Positions 1-10,465 of a stretch of DNA of 64,000 nt are shown here, piece after piece (the first letter of the stretch is position 1; each line of letters opens with the position of its first letter). The DNA comes from an uncultured Candidatus Saccharibacteria bacterium (lineage in GTDB: Bacteria > Patescibacteriota > Minisyncoccia > Phycocordibacterales > PALSA-1337), in assembly GCA_964389975.1 (NCBI GenBank), contig CAYMGJ010000002.1:3109-67108 (forward strand), read 5' to 3'. Below the pieces are notes generated by a model, which saw only the letters and a program-made list of their open reading frames with translations, was not told where the DNA came from and made no database searches. Made by a program: the position numbers and the translations under genes.

Positions 1-135
1 TCTCAACCTTCAAGTTCAGGATCTCCTGCACCATCAGGTTCTCCATCAAGTTCAGGATCACCGAGTTCAAGTGGGTCTCCAGCACCAAGTGGTGCCACAT
101 ACGGTCCTACTGATTATTGTCTAAAGGCTTTCTAA
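1..135 (+). CDS. 3' end of an upstream gene (5'-truncated by window edge); Ser/Pro/Gly-rich C-terminus ending ...YGPTDYCLKAF
   Basis: Open frame from position 1 to TAA at 133-135; low-complexity SP-rich translation typical of secreted/surface protein linkers. Confidence 0.35.
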   Translation, partial: SQPSSSGSPAPSGSPSSSGSPSSSGSPAPSGATYGPTDYCLKAF

Positions 136-138
136 TCT

Positions 139-912
139 ATGACGAGTATTTCACTCGCACTCCCATTCATCTTCGGTCTTCTCATCGGTAGTTTTCTTAA
201 TGTTGTGGGTCTTCGCTACAACACAGGAATGTCTCTTGGTGGTAGATCAAAATGTTTTTCATGTAGCAAGGAACTTACATGGTCTGAACTTATACCCATA
301 CTGAGTTTCTTGTTCCAGAGAGGGAAGTGTCGTAAGTGTAAGAGCAAGATATCATGGCAGTATCCGGTTATAGAGTTACTATCGGGTGTACTTTTTGTAC
401 TCCTCTTTACTACGTTTCCTCCTACTGATCTTTTCAGTACCTTCACACTTCTAACCTACTTCATTATAACGGGATTACTTGTAGTCATAACCTTGTATGA
501 TATAAAGCACAAGATCATTCCTGATGGATTGGTATATACCTTTGCCATTATCGCATTCCTCCGTCTTTTCATTGGTGAAGATTTTTCTCTTCATATCCCA
601 TCAACCCTCAATCTTCTCGCAGGTCCAATTCTTGCATTACCTTTCGCACTCATCTGGTATTTTTCAAAAGGAAAATGGATGGGGCTTGGAGATGCAAAGC
701 TCATTCTCGGTATTGGTTGGCTCTTGGGTATTACCTCAGGACTTTCTGCACTTGCTCTGTCATTCTGGATTGCTGCTCCTGTAAGTATTGTATGGATGTA
801 TGTGGTGCTCAGAAAATTCAAAGCTCATTACGAAATTCCTTTCGGGCCATATCTCATACTGGGGATGTACCTTGTTCTCATATTTGGTATTGATGTGGTA
901 TCATTTAGATAG
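139..912 (+). CDS. pilD: Prepilin peptidase (type IV prepilin leader peptidase, A24 family)
   Basis: 257 aa polytopic membrane protein; N-terminal CxxC...CxxC zinc-binding tetracysteine (CFSCS...CRKCK); overall PilD-like topology; immediately followed by four prepilin genes. Confidence 0.85.
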   Translation: MTSISLALPFIFGLLIGSFLNVVGLRYNTGMSLGGRSKCFSCSKELTWSELIPILSFLFQRGKCRKCKSKISWQYPVIELLSGVLFVLLFTTFPPTDLFSTFTLLTYFIITGLLVVITLYDIKHKIIPDGLVYTFAIIAFLRLFIGEDFSLHIPSTLNLLAGPILALPFALIWYFSKGKWMGLGDAKLILGIGWLLGITSGLSALALSFWIAAPVSIVWMYVVLRKFKAHYEIPFGPYLILGMYLVLIFGIDVVSFR

Positions 913-917
913 GTAAT

Positions 918-1496
918 ATGATGACTATTTTTAAATTAAAAGCACAGAAACAGAAAGGCTTCACTCTCATAGAGCTTGTGGTTACTGTGACAATTTTTGC
1001 TTTCATGACCGCACTTCTTCTGGCTAAGTATGGAAAATTTAATCAAGATGTTCTCCTTACAAACCTTGCCTATGATGTCGCTCTCACCATACGTAATGCT
1101 CAAACGTTTGGTCTCAATGTACGCTCGGCCCCTGGAAATCTTAATGCTTTTGACAAGGCGTACGGAGTTCACTTTACTACAGGAAATTCTTTCATATTCT
1201 TCTCCGACACTAATGCTAATTCATCCTATGATTCAGGTGAAGAAATCGGGTCTCCGTATATAATTCGACGTTCGAATCTCACTATCTCAAAGGTGTGTGC
1301 GTTTAATGGTCAGTCATGTCCCGCAAATGATCCAACTACTGTTGTTGATATTTTGTTTAAGAGACCAGACCCAAATGCTATAATCAAGGGGTATAGCGGA
1401 GCTACATATTCAGTTGCAAACATCACTCTTACATCATCAGACGGATATACACGATTGATACTTGTTCGTTCTACGGGTCAGATTGCAGTTATTTAA
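918..1496 (+). CDS. Type IV pilin-like protein (class III signal peptide)
   Basis: N-terminus KQKG|FTLIELVVTVTIF: prepilin cleavage motif G/FTLIE with Glu5 and a hydrophobic helix. Confidence 0.75.
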   Translation: MMTIFKLKAQKQKGFTLIELVVTVTIFAFMTALLLAKYGKFNQDVLLTNLAYDVALTIRNAQTFGLNVRSAPGNLNAFDKAYGVHFTTGNSFIFFSDTNANSSYDSGEEIGSPYIIRRSNLTISKVCAFNGQSCPANDPTTVVDILFKRPDPNAIIKGYSGATYSVANITLTSSDGYTRLILVRSTGQIAVI

Positions 1497-1502
1497 AACT
1501 AT

Positions 1503-2195
1503 ATGATTTTCATCTCGCTCTTACACCACAAGAAAAAAGGATTCACTCTCATTGAGATGATTGTTTCTCTAGCACTCTTTACTGTTGTTGCAGTAATTGC
1601 CATTGGTGCATTTCTCAAGATCACTGACTCAAACAAGAAGTCACAGACTTTAAAAACATCAATTAACAATTTAAGTTTTGCTCTCGAATCAATGTCTCGA
1701 GAGATGCGTGTGGGGTCAAGCTATTACTGTAAGCCAAATCCAACCCCCCTAAGTTTCTCTGGTAATGTTGTTGCAAACGTTATTACAAACAACTCAACTC
1801 TTAATATAAGTACCTGTGATGATTTAATGAATAACCCTAATGGTTGGGTCATTGCCTTCCGATCTTCAAAGTCGGGAGTGGGTTCATCAATCCCTACCTG
1901 TAATCTCATCTATGCATATTGGTATCGACAGCATTCAAATGATTCAACTGCTTTTGAACTTAGAAAAGCTCAACAGACAACATGTGATCAAAATATCACA
2001 CAATCATCATTCTCATCCCTCATTTCTCCTGATGTAAAGTTCACTGGTTCACGGGTTGATGTGAATATAGCTGGAACTCCAACACCAACTCAACCCCAAG
2101 CCTCTTTCTGGTTCAAGGGATATGCAGGAGAAAGACTTCGTGAAAGAACTGAATTTGAAGTTCAAACATCTGTATCACAGAGATCAACTATTTAA
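1503..2195 (+). CDS. Type IV pilin/pseudopilin-like protein
   Basis: N-terminus KKKG|FTLIEMIVSLALF prepilin motif; Ser/Thr/Asn-rich globular part. Confidence 0.7.
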   Translation: MIFISLLHHKKKGFTLIEMIVSLALFTVVAVIAIGAFLKITDSNKKSQTLKTSINNLSFALESMSREMRVGSSYYCKPNPTPLSFSGNVVANVITNNSTLNISTCDDLMNNPNGWVIAFRSSKSGVGSSIPTCNLIYAYWYRQHSNDSTAFELRKAQQTTCDQNITQSSFSSLISPDVKFTGSRVDVNIAGTPTPTQPQASFWFKGYAGERLRERTEFEVQTSVSQRSTI

Positions 2196-2198
2196 TAT

Positions 2199-2774
2199 AT
2201 GAATACTCCATCTGTACATAACAAAGGGTTTACCATCATCGAGACACTTGTTGCTATTGCGATTCTCATGATTTCAATCGCTGGTCCTCTTACCATTGCT
2301 CAGAAGTCTCTTCTGTCTGCACTCTATGCACGTGATCAGGTTACTGCATCATTCCTCGCACAAGATGTTATTGAAAGTGTTAAGAACAAGAGAGACAACA
2401 ATATCTATGCGTCTCAAAGTTGGCTTGCAGGTATGAATGGTTTGTCGGGGGCACCTTCATGTTTTGCTGCAGGGGAGAGTGGAAATGAGTGTAAGATTGA
2501 AACTGTAGGAGTATCTCCAACAATTTCATCATGTTCCACATTCTCAGAAACATGTTCTCTCTATCAAGATGGTGCCGGTTTTAAAACAACAGGAACAATT
2601 AAATCTCCTTTTAGTCGTAGTTTCTATTTCAAAAAGACAAATGCAGGACAGGCTACACGAGCATGTAATACAAGTGATGAAAAGTGTACGATTGTAGTTA
2701 ATGTACGTTGGAAAACAGGTAGGGTTCAAAATATTGTCACTATCGAGAATGAGATGTTTAATATATATCGTTAA
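2199..2774 (+). CDS. Type IV pilin/pseudopilin-like protein
   Basis: N-terminus HNKG|FTIIETLVAIAIL prepilin motif. Confidence 0.7.
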   Translation: MNTPSVHNKGFTIIETLVAIAILMISIAGPLTIAQKSLLSALYARDQVTASFLAQDVIESVKNKRDNNIYASQSWLAGMNGLSGAPSCFAAGESGNECKIETVGVSPTISSCSTFSETCSLYQDGAGFKTTGTIKSPFSRSFYFKKTNAGQATRACNTSDEKCTIVVNVRWKTGRVQNIVTIENEMFNIYR

Positions 2775-2779
2775 TTATT

Positions 2780-5312
<2,533 letters not shown>

Positions 5313-5334
5313 ATCCTATGCTAGTATGTGAGCT

Positions 5335-5622
5335 ATGATTACGGTAAAAGAAGTTGAACATCTTGCACAACTTGCTCGTATAGAGCTTGATGAATCTGAG
5401 AAAGAAGGTCTCACTCGAGATATTGATTCAATCCTTTCCTATGTTGATGAATTAAAGAAAGCAACAGTTAATCTCGACTACTCTCCAACACCAGGCGTTC
5501 TGTACAATGTAACTCGAAAGGATGAATCTCATGTCTCTTTGGACAGGGATCGTGTACTTGCTGAGTCTCCTGATAGGGAGGGTGAATTTGTTGCGGTAAA
5601 GAAAATAATTGAACAAGATTAA
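5335..5622 (+). CDS. gatC: Asp-tRNA(Asn)/Glu-tRNA(Gln) amidotransferase subunit C
   Basis: 95 aa; MITVKEVEHLAQLARIELDESEKE N-terminus typical of GatC; overlaps gatA start. Confidence 0.85.
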   Translation: MITVKEVEHLAQLARIELDESEKEGLTRDIDSILSYVDELKKATVNLDYSPTPGVLYNVTRKDESHVSLDRDRVLAESPDREGEFVAVKKIIEQD

Positions 5623-7051
5623 TATGGCACTTGATCTCAAAAACCTTACTGTTGTAAAAGCTCATGAAGCTCTTATGAGAGGTGATTTCACGTGTGTTGA
5701 ACTTGCCCAAGCGTACCTCGATCGTATACGAGAAAAAGATTCTGATATTCACGGATATCTTGAAGTGTATTCAGATGTACTCGAGCAGGCAGAGAAAGCT
5801 CAGGAGAGATTCACTCAAGGAACAGCAACATTGCTTACCGGTATTCCATGTGCAGTGAAAGACAATATTTTAATACAAGGAAGAAGTGCAAGTAGTGCAT
5901 CTAAGATACTTGAGAAGTACACAGCTCCTTATGATGCAACAGTTATTAAGAAATTGAAGGAAGAGGGTGTTGTGTTCATCGGTCGAACTAATATGGATGA
6001 ATTTGCCATGGGAGGTTCAACTGAAAATTCAGCATATGGTGTTACCAAGAACCCTTTCGATCTTAATCGAGTTGCTGGGGGATCTTCAGGAGGATCTGCT
6101 GCAGTCCTTGCCTATGATGGAGCTCTCATCTCTCTTGGTTCTGATACGGGAGGTTCAATACGACAACCTGCAAGTTTCTGTGGACTTGTTGGTCTTAAAC
6201 CTACCTATGGTGCTGTTTCTCGTTATGGGGTGATGGCCATGGGATCATCTCTTGATCAAATCGGTCCTTTTGCAAAAACCGTCACTGATACAGAAATTCT
6301 CTTCAAGGCTTTGAAGGGTAAGGATGAACATGATGGAACAACCATATCTTCTTCGACATACACCCCACGAACAGCATCTCTAAAACCCATAATTGGTGTT
6401 CCACGAGATTTTCTTAAAGGTGATGGAATACATCCTGATGTCATGAAGAATTTTGAAGAAACTCTTGAGAAGTTTAAAAAACTAGGATATGAAATTGTCG
6501 ATGTTGAACTTCCTCATATTTCATATTCTCTTGCTGTATATTATGTCGTAATGCCTGCTGAGGTTTCTTCAAATCTTGCACGTTTCGATGGTATGCGTTT
6601 TGGTCTCCATGTTGATGGTAGAGATGGAATTCAGGACTATTTCCGTACTCGTGGTGCTGGATTTGGTAAGGAAGTTCGTCGACGTATTCTTCTTGGAACT
6701 TATGTTCTATCTTCAGGATATTATGATGCATATTACAATCGTGCTCTTGCAGTGAGGAGGATAATTACAGAAGATTTCGTGAAAGCATTTGAAAAAGTTG
6801 ATATACTTATAACACCAACCACTCCAGCTCCGGCATTCAAGATTGGTGAAAAGATTTCTGATCCTGTAACTATGTATCTTGAAGATATATTTACAGTACC
6901 AGCAAATCTCACGGGTATGCCAGCTCTTTCATTGCCTTCAGGTTGGAGTGAGTCACAGGGAGTACGTCTTCCTCTCGGAATTCAGATGACAGCAACTCAT
7001 GGCGCAGAAGATACTCTTTTCAAGGTGGGGAAGGAATTTTTGGGTGAGTAA
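5609..7051 (+). CDS. gatA: Glu-tRNA(Gln) amidotransferase subunit A (amidase signature family)
   Basis: 480 aa; amidase signature GGSSGGSAAVLA and catalytic Lys/Ser context; syntenic with gatC. Confidence 0.95.
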   Translation: MNKINMALDLKNLTVVKAHEALMRGDFTCVELAQAYLDRIREKDSDIHGYLEVYSDVLEQAEKAQERFTQGTATLLTGIPCAVKDNILIQGRSASSASKILEKYTAPYDATVIKKLKEEGVVFIGRTNMDEFAMGGSTENSAYGVTKNPFDLNRVAGGSSGGSAAVLAYDGALISLGSDTGGSIRQPASFCGLVGLKPTYGAVSRYGVMAMGSSLDQIGPFAKTVTDTEILFKALKGKDEHDGTTISSSTYTPRTASLKPIIGVPRDFLKGDGIHPDVMKNFEETLEKFKKLGYEIVDVELPHISYSLAVYYVVMPAEVSSNLARFDGMRFGLHVDGRDGIQDYFRTRGAGFGKEVRRRILLGTYVLSSGYYDAYYNRALAVRRIITEDFVKAFEKVDILITPTTPAPAFKIGEKISDPVTMYLEDIFTVPANLTGMPALSLPSGWSESQGVRLPLGIQMTATHGAEDTLFKVGKEFLGE

Positions 7052-7078
7052 ATTACGTTAAAGATATTTGAATATATT

Positions 7079-7681
7079 ATGATCGATGATACAAACATAG
7101 GTCTGCAGGTACCAGGATTCGACTTTGTCGGATATATACGTGCTGCCTATAATTTCATTATGGGTAATGAAACTGAGATTGCCGGAGCTATTCAACATAC
7201 TACTGGTTGGATCATTGGACTTTCAATTCCCGTATCTCTCGCACTTTTCATAGGTATCTTGTATTGTCTTGAGAGAATACACTCAATTCGTCGTCGTCAA
7301 GAAGAGAAGTATAATGCTCCGGTAGATATGGGATTTGATGAAGTAACTCAAGCTGATGGAGTGTTTACAAAAAAATGGCAGAAGGTACTTGAGTATGTTG
7401 AGTCTGATCGTGAGAATGATTGGAGACAGGCGATTCTCGAAGCTGATATTCTCCTTGGGGAATTGCTTGTGAAATTGGGATACAAAGGGGAGGGGATTGG
7501 TGAGCAGTTGCAAAGAGTTAACAAAGGAGATTTTAAATCACTCAATGAGGCATGGGAGGCTCATAAGGTGCGAAACAATATTGCTCATGAGGGATCAGAG
7601 CTTTCACTTACTCACCATGAAGCTCGACGTGTTGTGAGTCTATACAGAAAGGTTTTTGAAGAATTCTCCCTTACTTCATAG
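7079..7681 (+). CDS. Membrane protein with C-terminal HEPN-like domain (Rx4H motif RNNIAH)
   Basis: 200 aa; one TM helix (IIGLSIPVSLALFIGILYCL); C-terminal helical domain with KVRNNIAHEGSE (R-x4-H, position about 7571), resembling HEPN/DUF4145-type RNase folds. Confidence 0.45.
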   Translation: MIDDTNIGLQVPGFDFVGYIRAAYNFIMGNETEIAGAIQHTTGWIIGLSIPVSLALFIGILYCLERIHSIRRRQEEKYNAPVDMGFDEVTQADGVFTKKWQKVLEYVESDRENDWRQAILEADILLGELLVKLGYKGEGIGEQLQRVNKGDFKSLNEAWEAHKVRNNIAHEGSELSLTHHEARRVVSLYRKVFEEFSLTS

Positions 7682-7739
7682 GGTGTGTATACATAATCTC
7701 TTGCTTTTTAAATGTACAATGGTATTATGAGGGGGTTAT

Positions 7740-7811
7740 AGCGGGGTAGAGCAACGGTAGCTCGTCAGGCTCATAACCTGAAGATTGCCGGTTCGATTCC
7801 GGCCTCCGCAA
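7740..7811 (+). tRNA. tRNA-Met (anticodon CAU); has A11:U24 and a mismatched 1:72 pair, so could be initiator-type
   Basis: Manual cloverleaf: D-stem GAGC/GCTC, anticodon stem TCAGG/CCTGA with loop CTCATAA, T-arm GCCGG-TTCGATT-CCGGC, acceptor 6/7 paired. Confidence 0.8.
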
Positions 7812-7881
7812 CAAGAATGATATACAAAAACTGGCGAGATTCGCCAGTTTTTGCTATTCAAAGTTTCGAACCTAAGATATA

Positions 7882-8586
7882 ATGTTATATAAACATATGT
7901 CTAAAGAATACTTATATAAAAAAATAATCAAAGAAAGAATCAACGGAAAGTCTTTAAGGGATATTTCAAAGAAATATGGAGTGGCCAAGAGTACTGTTAG
8001 TCTTTGGTGTCGTAATGTTTTGTTATCAGAAGGTGCAAAAAATAAAATTAAGAATAAGTGGTTAAAGGAAACTTCTATTGGTAGAAAAAAAGGTGTTATG
8101 ATGAACAAACAACAGAAGGAGGGTAGAATACAGGGGGAATTTATAGAAGCCATCAATTTGCTGGGAGACCTTACCGTAAGAGATAATTTAATGATAGGCA
8201 TTGCGCTATATTGGGCTGAGGGGAGTAAAAAAGAGACTGGTGCAGGTTTTAATTTCATAAATTCAGACCCTCTAATGGTGAAATTTATGTTTGTCTGGCT
8301 TCAAAAACAAATGTACATAGCGCCTGATGAGATTTTTGTTAATCTTGTAATTAACCATGCTTTTGTAGCTCAGGAGCATGAAATATTGAAATTTTGGTCA
8401 AATCTGTTAGACTTGCCAATGAAGAGATTTGGTAATTCTATTTTTATCAAGACTCTTCATAAACGGGAGTATAAAAATGAGTCGTTGTATTGTGGTATGT
8501 TAAGAATGCGTGTTGCAAAAAGTTCTTGGTTAAGAAGAAGGATTTTGGGTTCAATCGAGGTTGTAAAAAATAATATGTCGGTGTAG
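7882..8586 (+). CDS. HTH-domain protein with LAGLIDADG-like motif (possible free-standing homing-endonuclease-like protein)
   Basis: 234 aa; N-terminal helix-turn-helix (SLRDISKKYGVAKSTVSLWCRN); central motif MIGIALYWAEGSKKETG resembling the LAGLIDADG acidic motif (hydrophobic-G-hydrophobic...E-G-S); lies between two CAU tRNA genes. Confidence 0.4.
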   Translation: MLYKHMSKEYLYKKIIKERINGKSLRDISKKYGVAKSTVSLWCRNVLLSEGAKNKIKNKWLKETSIGRKKGVMMNKQQKEGRIQGEFIEAINLLGDLTVRDNLMIGIALYWAEGSKKETGAGFNFINSDPLMVKFMFVWLQKQMYIAPDEIFVNLVINHAFVAQEHEILKFWSNLLDLPMKRFGNSIFIKTLHKREYKNESLYCGMLRMRVAKSSWLRRRILGSIEVVKNNMSV

Positions 8587-8647
8587 TTCAATGGTAGAAC
8601 GGAGGACTCATAAGCCTCAAACAATGGTCCGATTCCATTCACCGACA
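8577..8647 (+). tRNA. tRNA with CAU anticodon (Met or Ile2/lysidine type); atypical T-loop
   Basis: Acceptor GTCGGTG/CACCGAC perfectly paired, D-stem GTTC/GAAC, anticodon loop CTCATAA; T-loop reads TCCGATT (C at position 55), unusual, so pseudogene not excluded. Confidence 0.55.
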
Positions 8648-8712
8648 CAAATATACATTGCTGTTGTTCATATAAGTGCTAGAATATACGTGGTTACGTA
8701 GCTTGATATCGT

Positions 8713-9141
8713 ATGAAGACTATATGTGCGTGGTGTGTCGGTCTCATCATGACTGTGCTCGTTTCTTCTGCAATTGCAGGGACGAATACACTCAATACTG
8801 GTTCATCACTGAACCTTCAAACAAATGCTCCAACTCCTTCGGGAATTGTTGCATCATCGGATCCAGTTGTGCGGTTTGCACTGGATGAAAAAGTTCAGGA
8901 AAGCTGGGTTGAACGGTTCATGGAGAAAAGCAGTTTCGAATCGTTTACAATCGGTGTGGGGAATAGTAGGGGAGGTTCTGATACCTTTACCTTCCCCCCG
9001 ATCAAGCAATTCCAATTAGGCCCATATCAAGGTGATGTGAGGTTTCGCATTGAAAGCAGGTATCCTGTGGGGGATGGGCTTTCAGGAGAACCTCAAGCCT
9101 TTATCGGTTTTATCACACTTGAATTTCGGAGATCACATTGA
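8713..9141 (+). CDS. Hypothetical secreted protein
   Basis: 142 aa; N-terminal signal peptide MKTICAWCVGLIMTVLVSSAIAGT; GC-richer than neighbours; no recognisable domain. Confidence 0.45.
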   Translation: MKTICAWCVGLIMTVLVSSAIAGTNTLNTGSSLNLQTNAPTPSGIVASSDPVVRFALDEKVQESWVERFMEKSSFESFTIGVGNSRGGSDTFTFPPIKQFQLGPYQGDVRFRIESRYPVGDGLSGEPQAFIGFITLEFRRSH

Positions 9142-9233
9142 TGTGTTTCTCCTCGGAAACACAGCCAGCCTCCGGGTTGGCTTTTCCATTGTTACTTGCG
9201 TTTTATGGTATTTTTGATACATTTACTCCGTAT

Positions 9234-9307
9234 GCAGTCGTAGCTCAATTGGTTAGAGCACTCCCCTGTCACGGGAGAGGTTGCGGGTTCGAGTCCCGTC
9301 GACTGCG
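9234..9307 (+). tRNA. tRNA-Asp (anticodon GUC)
   Basis: Acceptor GCAGTCG/CGACTGC, anticodon stem CTCCC/GGGAG with loop CTGTCAC, T-arm GCGGG-TTCGAGT-CCCGT. Confidence 0.9.
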
Positions 9308-9385
9308 CATAATGTTGCTCAAAAAGAGGCCAAAGCCTCTTTTTGTTTGATTAACCTCTTCTTTTATATTATCATCACACATAGT

Positions 9386-9458
9386 GCCAATGTAGCTCAG
9401 TTGGTAGAGCACGCCCATGGTAAGGGCGAGGTCATCGGTTCAATCCCGATCATTGGCT
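9386..9458 (+). tRNA. tRNA-Thr (anticodon GGU)
   Basis: Acceptor GCCAATG/CATTGGC, anticodon stem CGCCC/GGGCG with loop ATGGTAA, T-arm ATCGG-TTCAATC-CCGAT. Confidence 0.9.
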
Positions 9459-9472
9459 CCCGAGTGCACTGT

Positions 9473-9545
9473 GCCAAAGTAGCTCAGTTGGTAGAGCATC
9501 ACTTTCGTAAAGTGAGGGTCGCCGGTTCAATCCCGGCCTTTGGCT
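9473..9545 (+). tRNA. tRNA-Thr (anticodon CGU)
   Basis: Acceptor GCCAAAG/CTTTGGC, anticodon stem TCACT/AGTGA with loop TTCGTAA, T-arm GCCGG-TTCAATC-CCGGC. Confidence 0.9.
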
Positions 9546-9548
9546 CAT

Positions 9549-9806
9549 ATGAAAAAGAACTCTACATTTCGAGAAAGGGTTTTTGATGTGGTATGTAAAA
9601 TTCCGAAGGGACAAACTCTTACCTATGCTGAAGTTGCACGTCGTGCAGGTAGTCCTCGTGCGTATCGTGCGGTAGGGAATATCCTTACAACAAACTATAA
9701 CCCAGATATTCCGTGTCATAGGGTGATAAAAAGTGATGGAACTCTGGGAGGGTATAACAGGGGAGAGGACATGAAGAAAAAGATATTGGAAGACGAGAGA
9801 TCTTGA
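9549..9806 (+). CDS. Methylated-DNA-protein-cysteine methyltransferase family protein (MGMT/Ogt DNA-binding and active-site domain only)
   Basis: About 85 aa; PCHRV active-site motif (IPCHRVIKSDGTLGGY) and HTH TYAEVARRAG; the alternative ATG at 9540 would overlap tRNA-Thr. Confidence 0.75.
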   Translation: MKKNSTFRERVFDVVCKIPKGQTLTYAEVARRAGSPRAYRAVGNILTTNYNPDIPCHRVIKSDGTLGGYNRGEDMKKKILEDERS

Positions 9807-9829
9807 CTCTTTTTGTTGTATGGGTTATG

Positions 9830-10091
9830 TTGTCACTGTGTGCCCTACGTCTTGTGCTGAAGGACGTACGTACACATGAGGGTGGGAGGTTTTGAGTTTC
9901 CCCTCCCGCCCTCCCATTGATCTTTTGTAAATTTGGGATTCCATGTGGAAACCCACGGTCAGGCATGACTTTTATGTGTTGGCAAAATGCCTTTAGGTAT
10001 GTGCCTGACTGTAGTTCTAAGTATCCCAGATGGGGTATGCAGTCGCTTGTATAGTGTGATGGGATCACATCACTGCAAGCGACTTTTTTTA
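9830..10091 (+). ncRNA. Candidate structured ncRNA 1 (unassigned family), ending in an intrinsic terminator
   Basis: ORF-free, GC-enriched segment with multiple hairpins (GGGAGG...CCTCCC; GTCAGGCA...TGCCTGAC with inner GGCA-AAA-TGCC) and a 9-bp stem terminator plus T7 at 10039-10091; strand inferred from terminator orientation. Confidence 0.3.
10039..10091 (+). terminator. Rho-independent terminator
   Basis: GCAGTCGCTTG...CAAGCGACTGC-like stem (with inner GTGAT/ATCAC hairpin) followed by TTTTTTT. Confidence 0.6.
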
Positions 10092-10129
10092 TTGACAAAA
10101 TATGTATATATAGTGTATAACTATATATG

Positions 10130-10422
10130 AAAGTTGTTTGCAATCTCCCGTGTGGGAGATGGAATATACCTCCAGCGATGCTTTGATTCCAGCTGTCATG
10201 TCGAGTGTTGTTGGAGGTATTCACTTTAACCAAGCACCTCAAGACTCCTCCTCCTTCTTGTTGTGTAAGGTACTCCCCGGGCTTGTCCTGGGGAGTTTTT
10301 GTGTGCTATGTTATGTGTATGGCAACGTACTGCGTAACACTACGGAGCCATCTGTAAGTAACCCACCCTCGGGTGAGAGTTGCTTGGTGTCCTTGCCCCT
10401 GTGGGTAGGGACACCTTTTTTC
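10130..10422 (+). ncRNA. Candidate structured ncRNA 2 or 5' leader, ending in an intrinsic terminator about 45 nt before prfB
   Basis: ORF-poor, hairpin-dense segment (TCTCCC-GTGT-GGGAGA; CCTCCA...TGGAGG; ACTCCCC...GGGGAGT) ending with GGTGTCC...GGACACC plus T7. Confidence 0.3.
10386..10422 (+). terminator. Rho-independent terminator
   Basis: 7-bp GC-rich stem GGTGTCC/GGACACC with loop, followed by TTTTTTCTT. Confidence 0.6.
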
Positions 10423-10465
10423 TTGCATACTAAAGGATTCCTCTGATACTCTATATATACATCAT

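Noticed and set aside
216-893. Internal and antisense small ORFs within pilD (216-446 -, 524-784 +, 591-821 -, 675-893 +), and similar shadow ORFs inside other long genes
   Set aside because: Shadow ORFs of confidently identified genes. No independent evidence.
9138-9719. Track ORFs 9138-9350, 9281-9586 (+) and 9450-9719 (-)
   Set aside because: They run straight through three well-formed tRNA genes (Asp, Thr, Thr) and have no protein-like features; spurious.
9830-10425. RNase P RNA, tmRNA or SRP RNA identity for the structured region
   Set aside because: I could not find the GGAAAGUCCGG / AGGGUGAAA blocks of RNase P, the tRNA-like TTCGA...CCA end and tag-peptide ORF of tmRNA, or the SRP domain IV motif. 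The family is left unassigned.
9685-10446. Track ORFs 9685-10242 (-) and 10138-10446 (+)
   Set aside because: They lie in the GC-rich, hairpin-dense, terminator-containing region. The translations are low-complexity with no motifs or RBS, so they are better explained as structured RNA.
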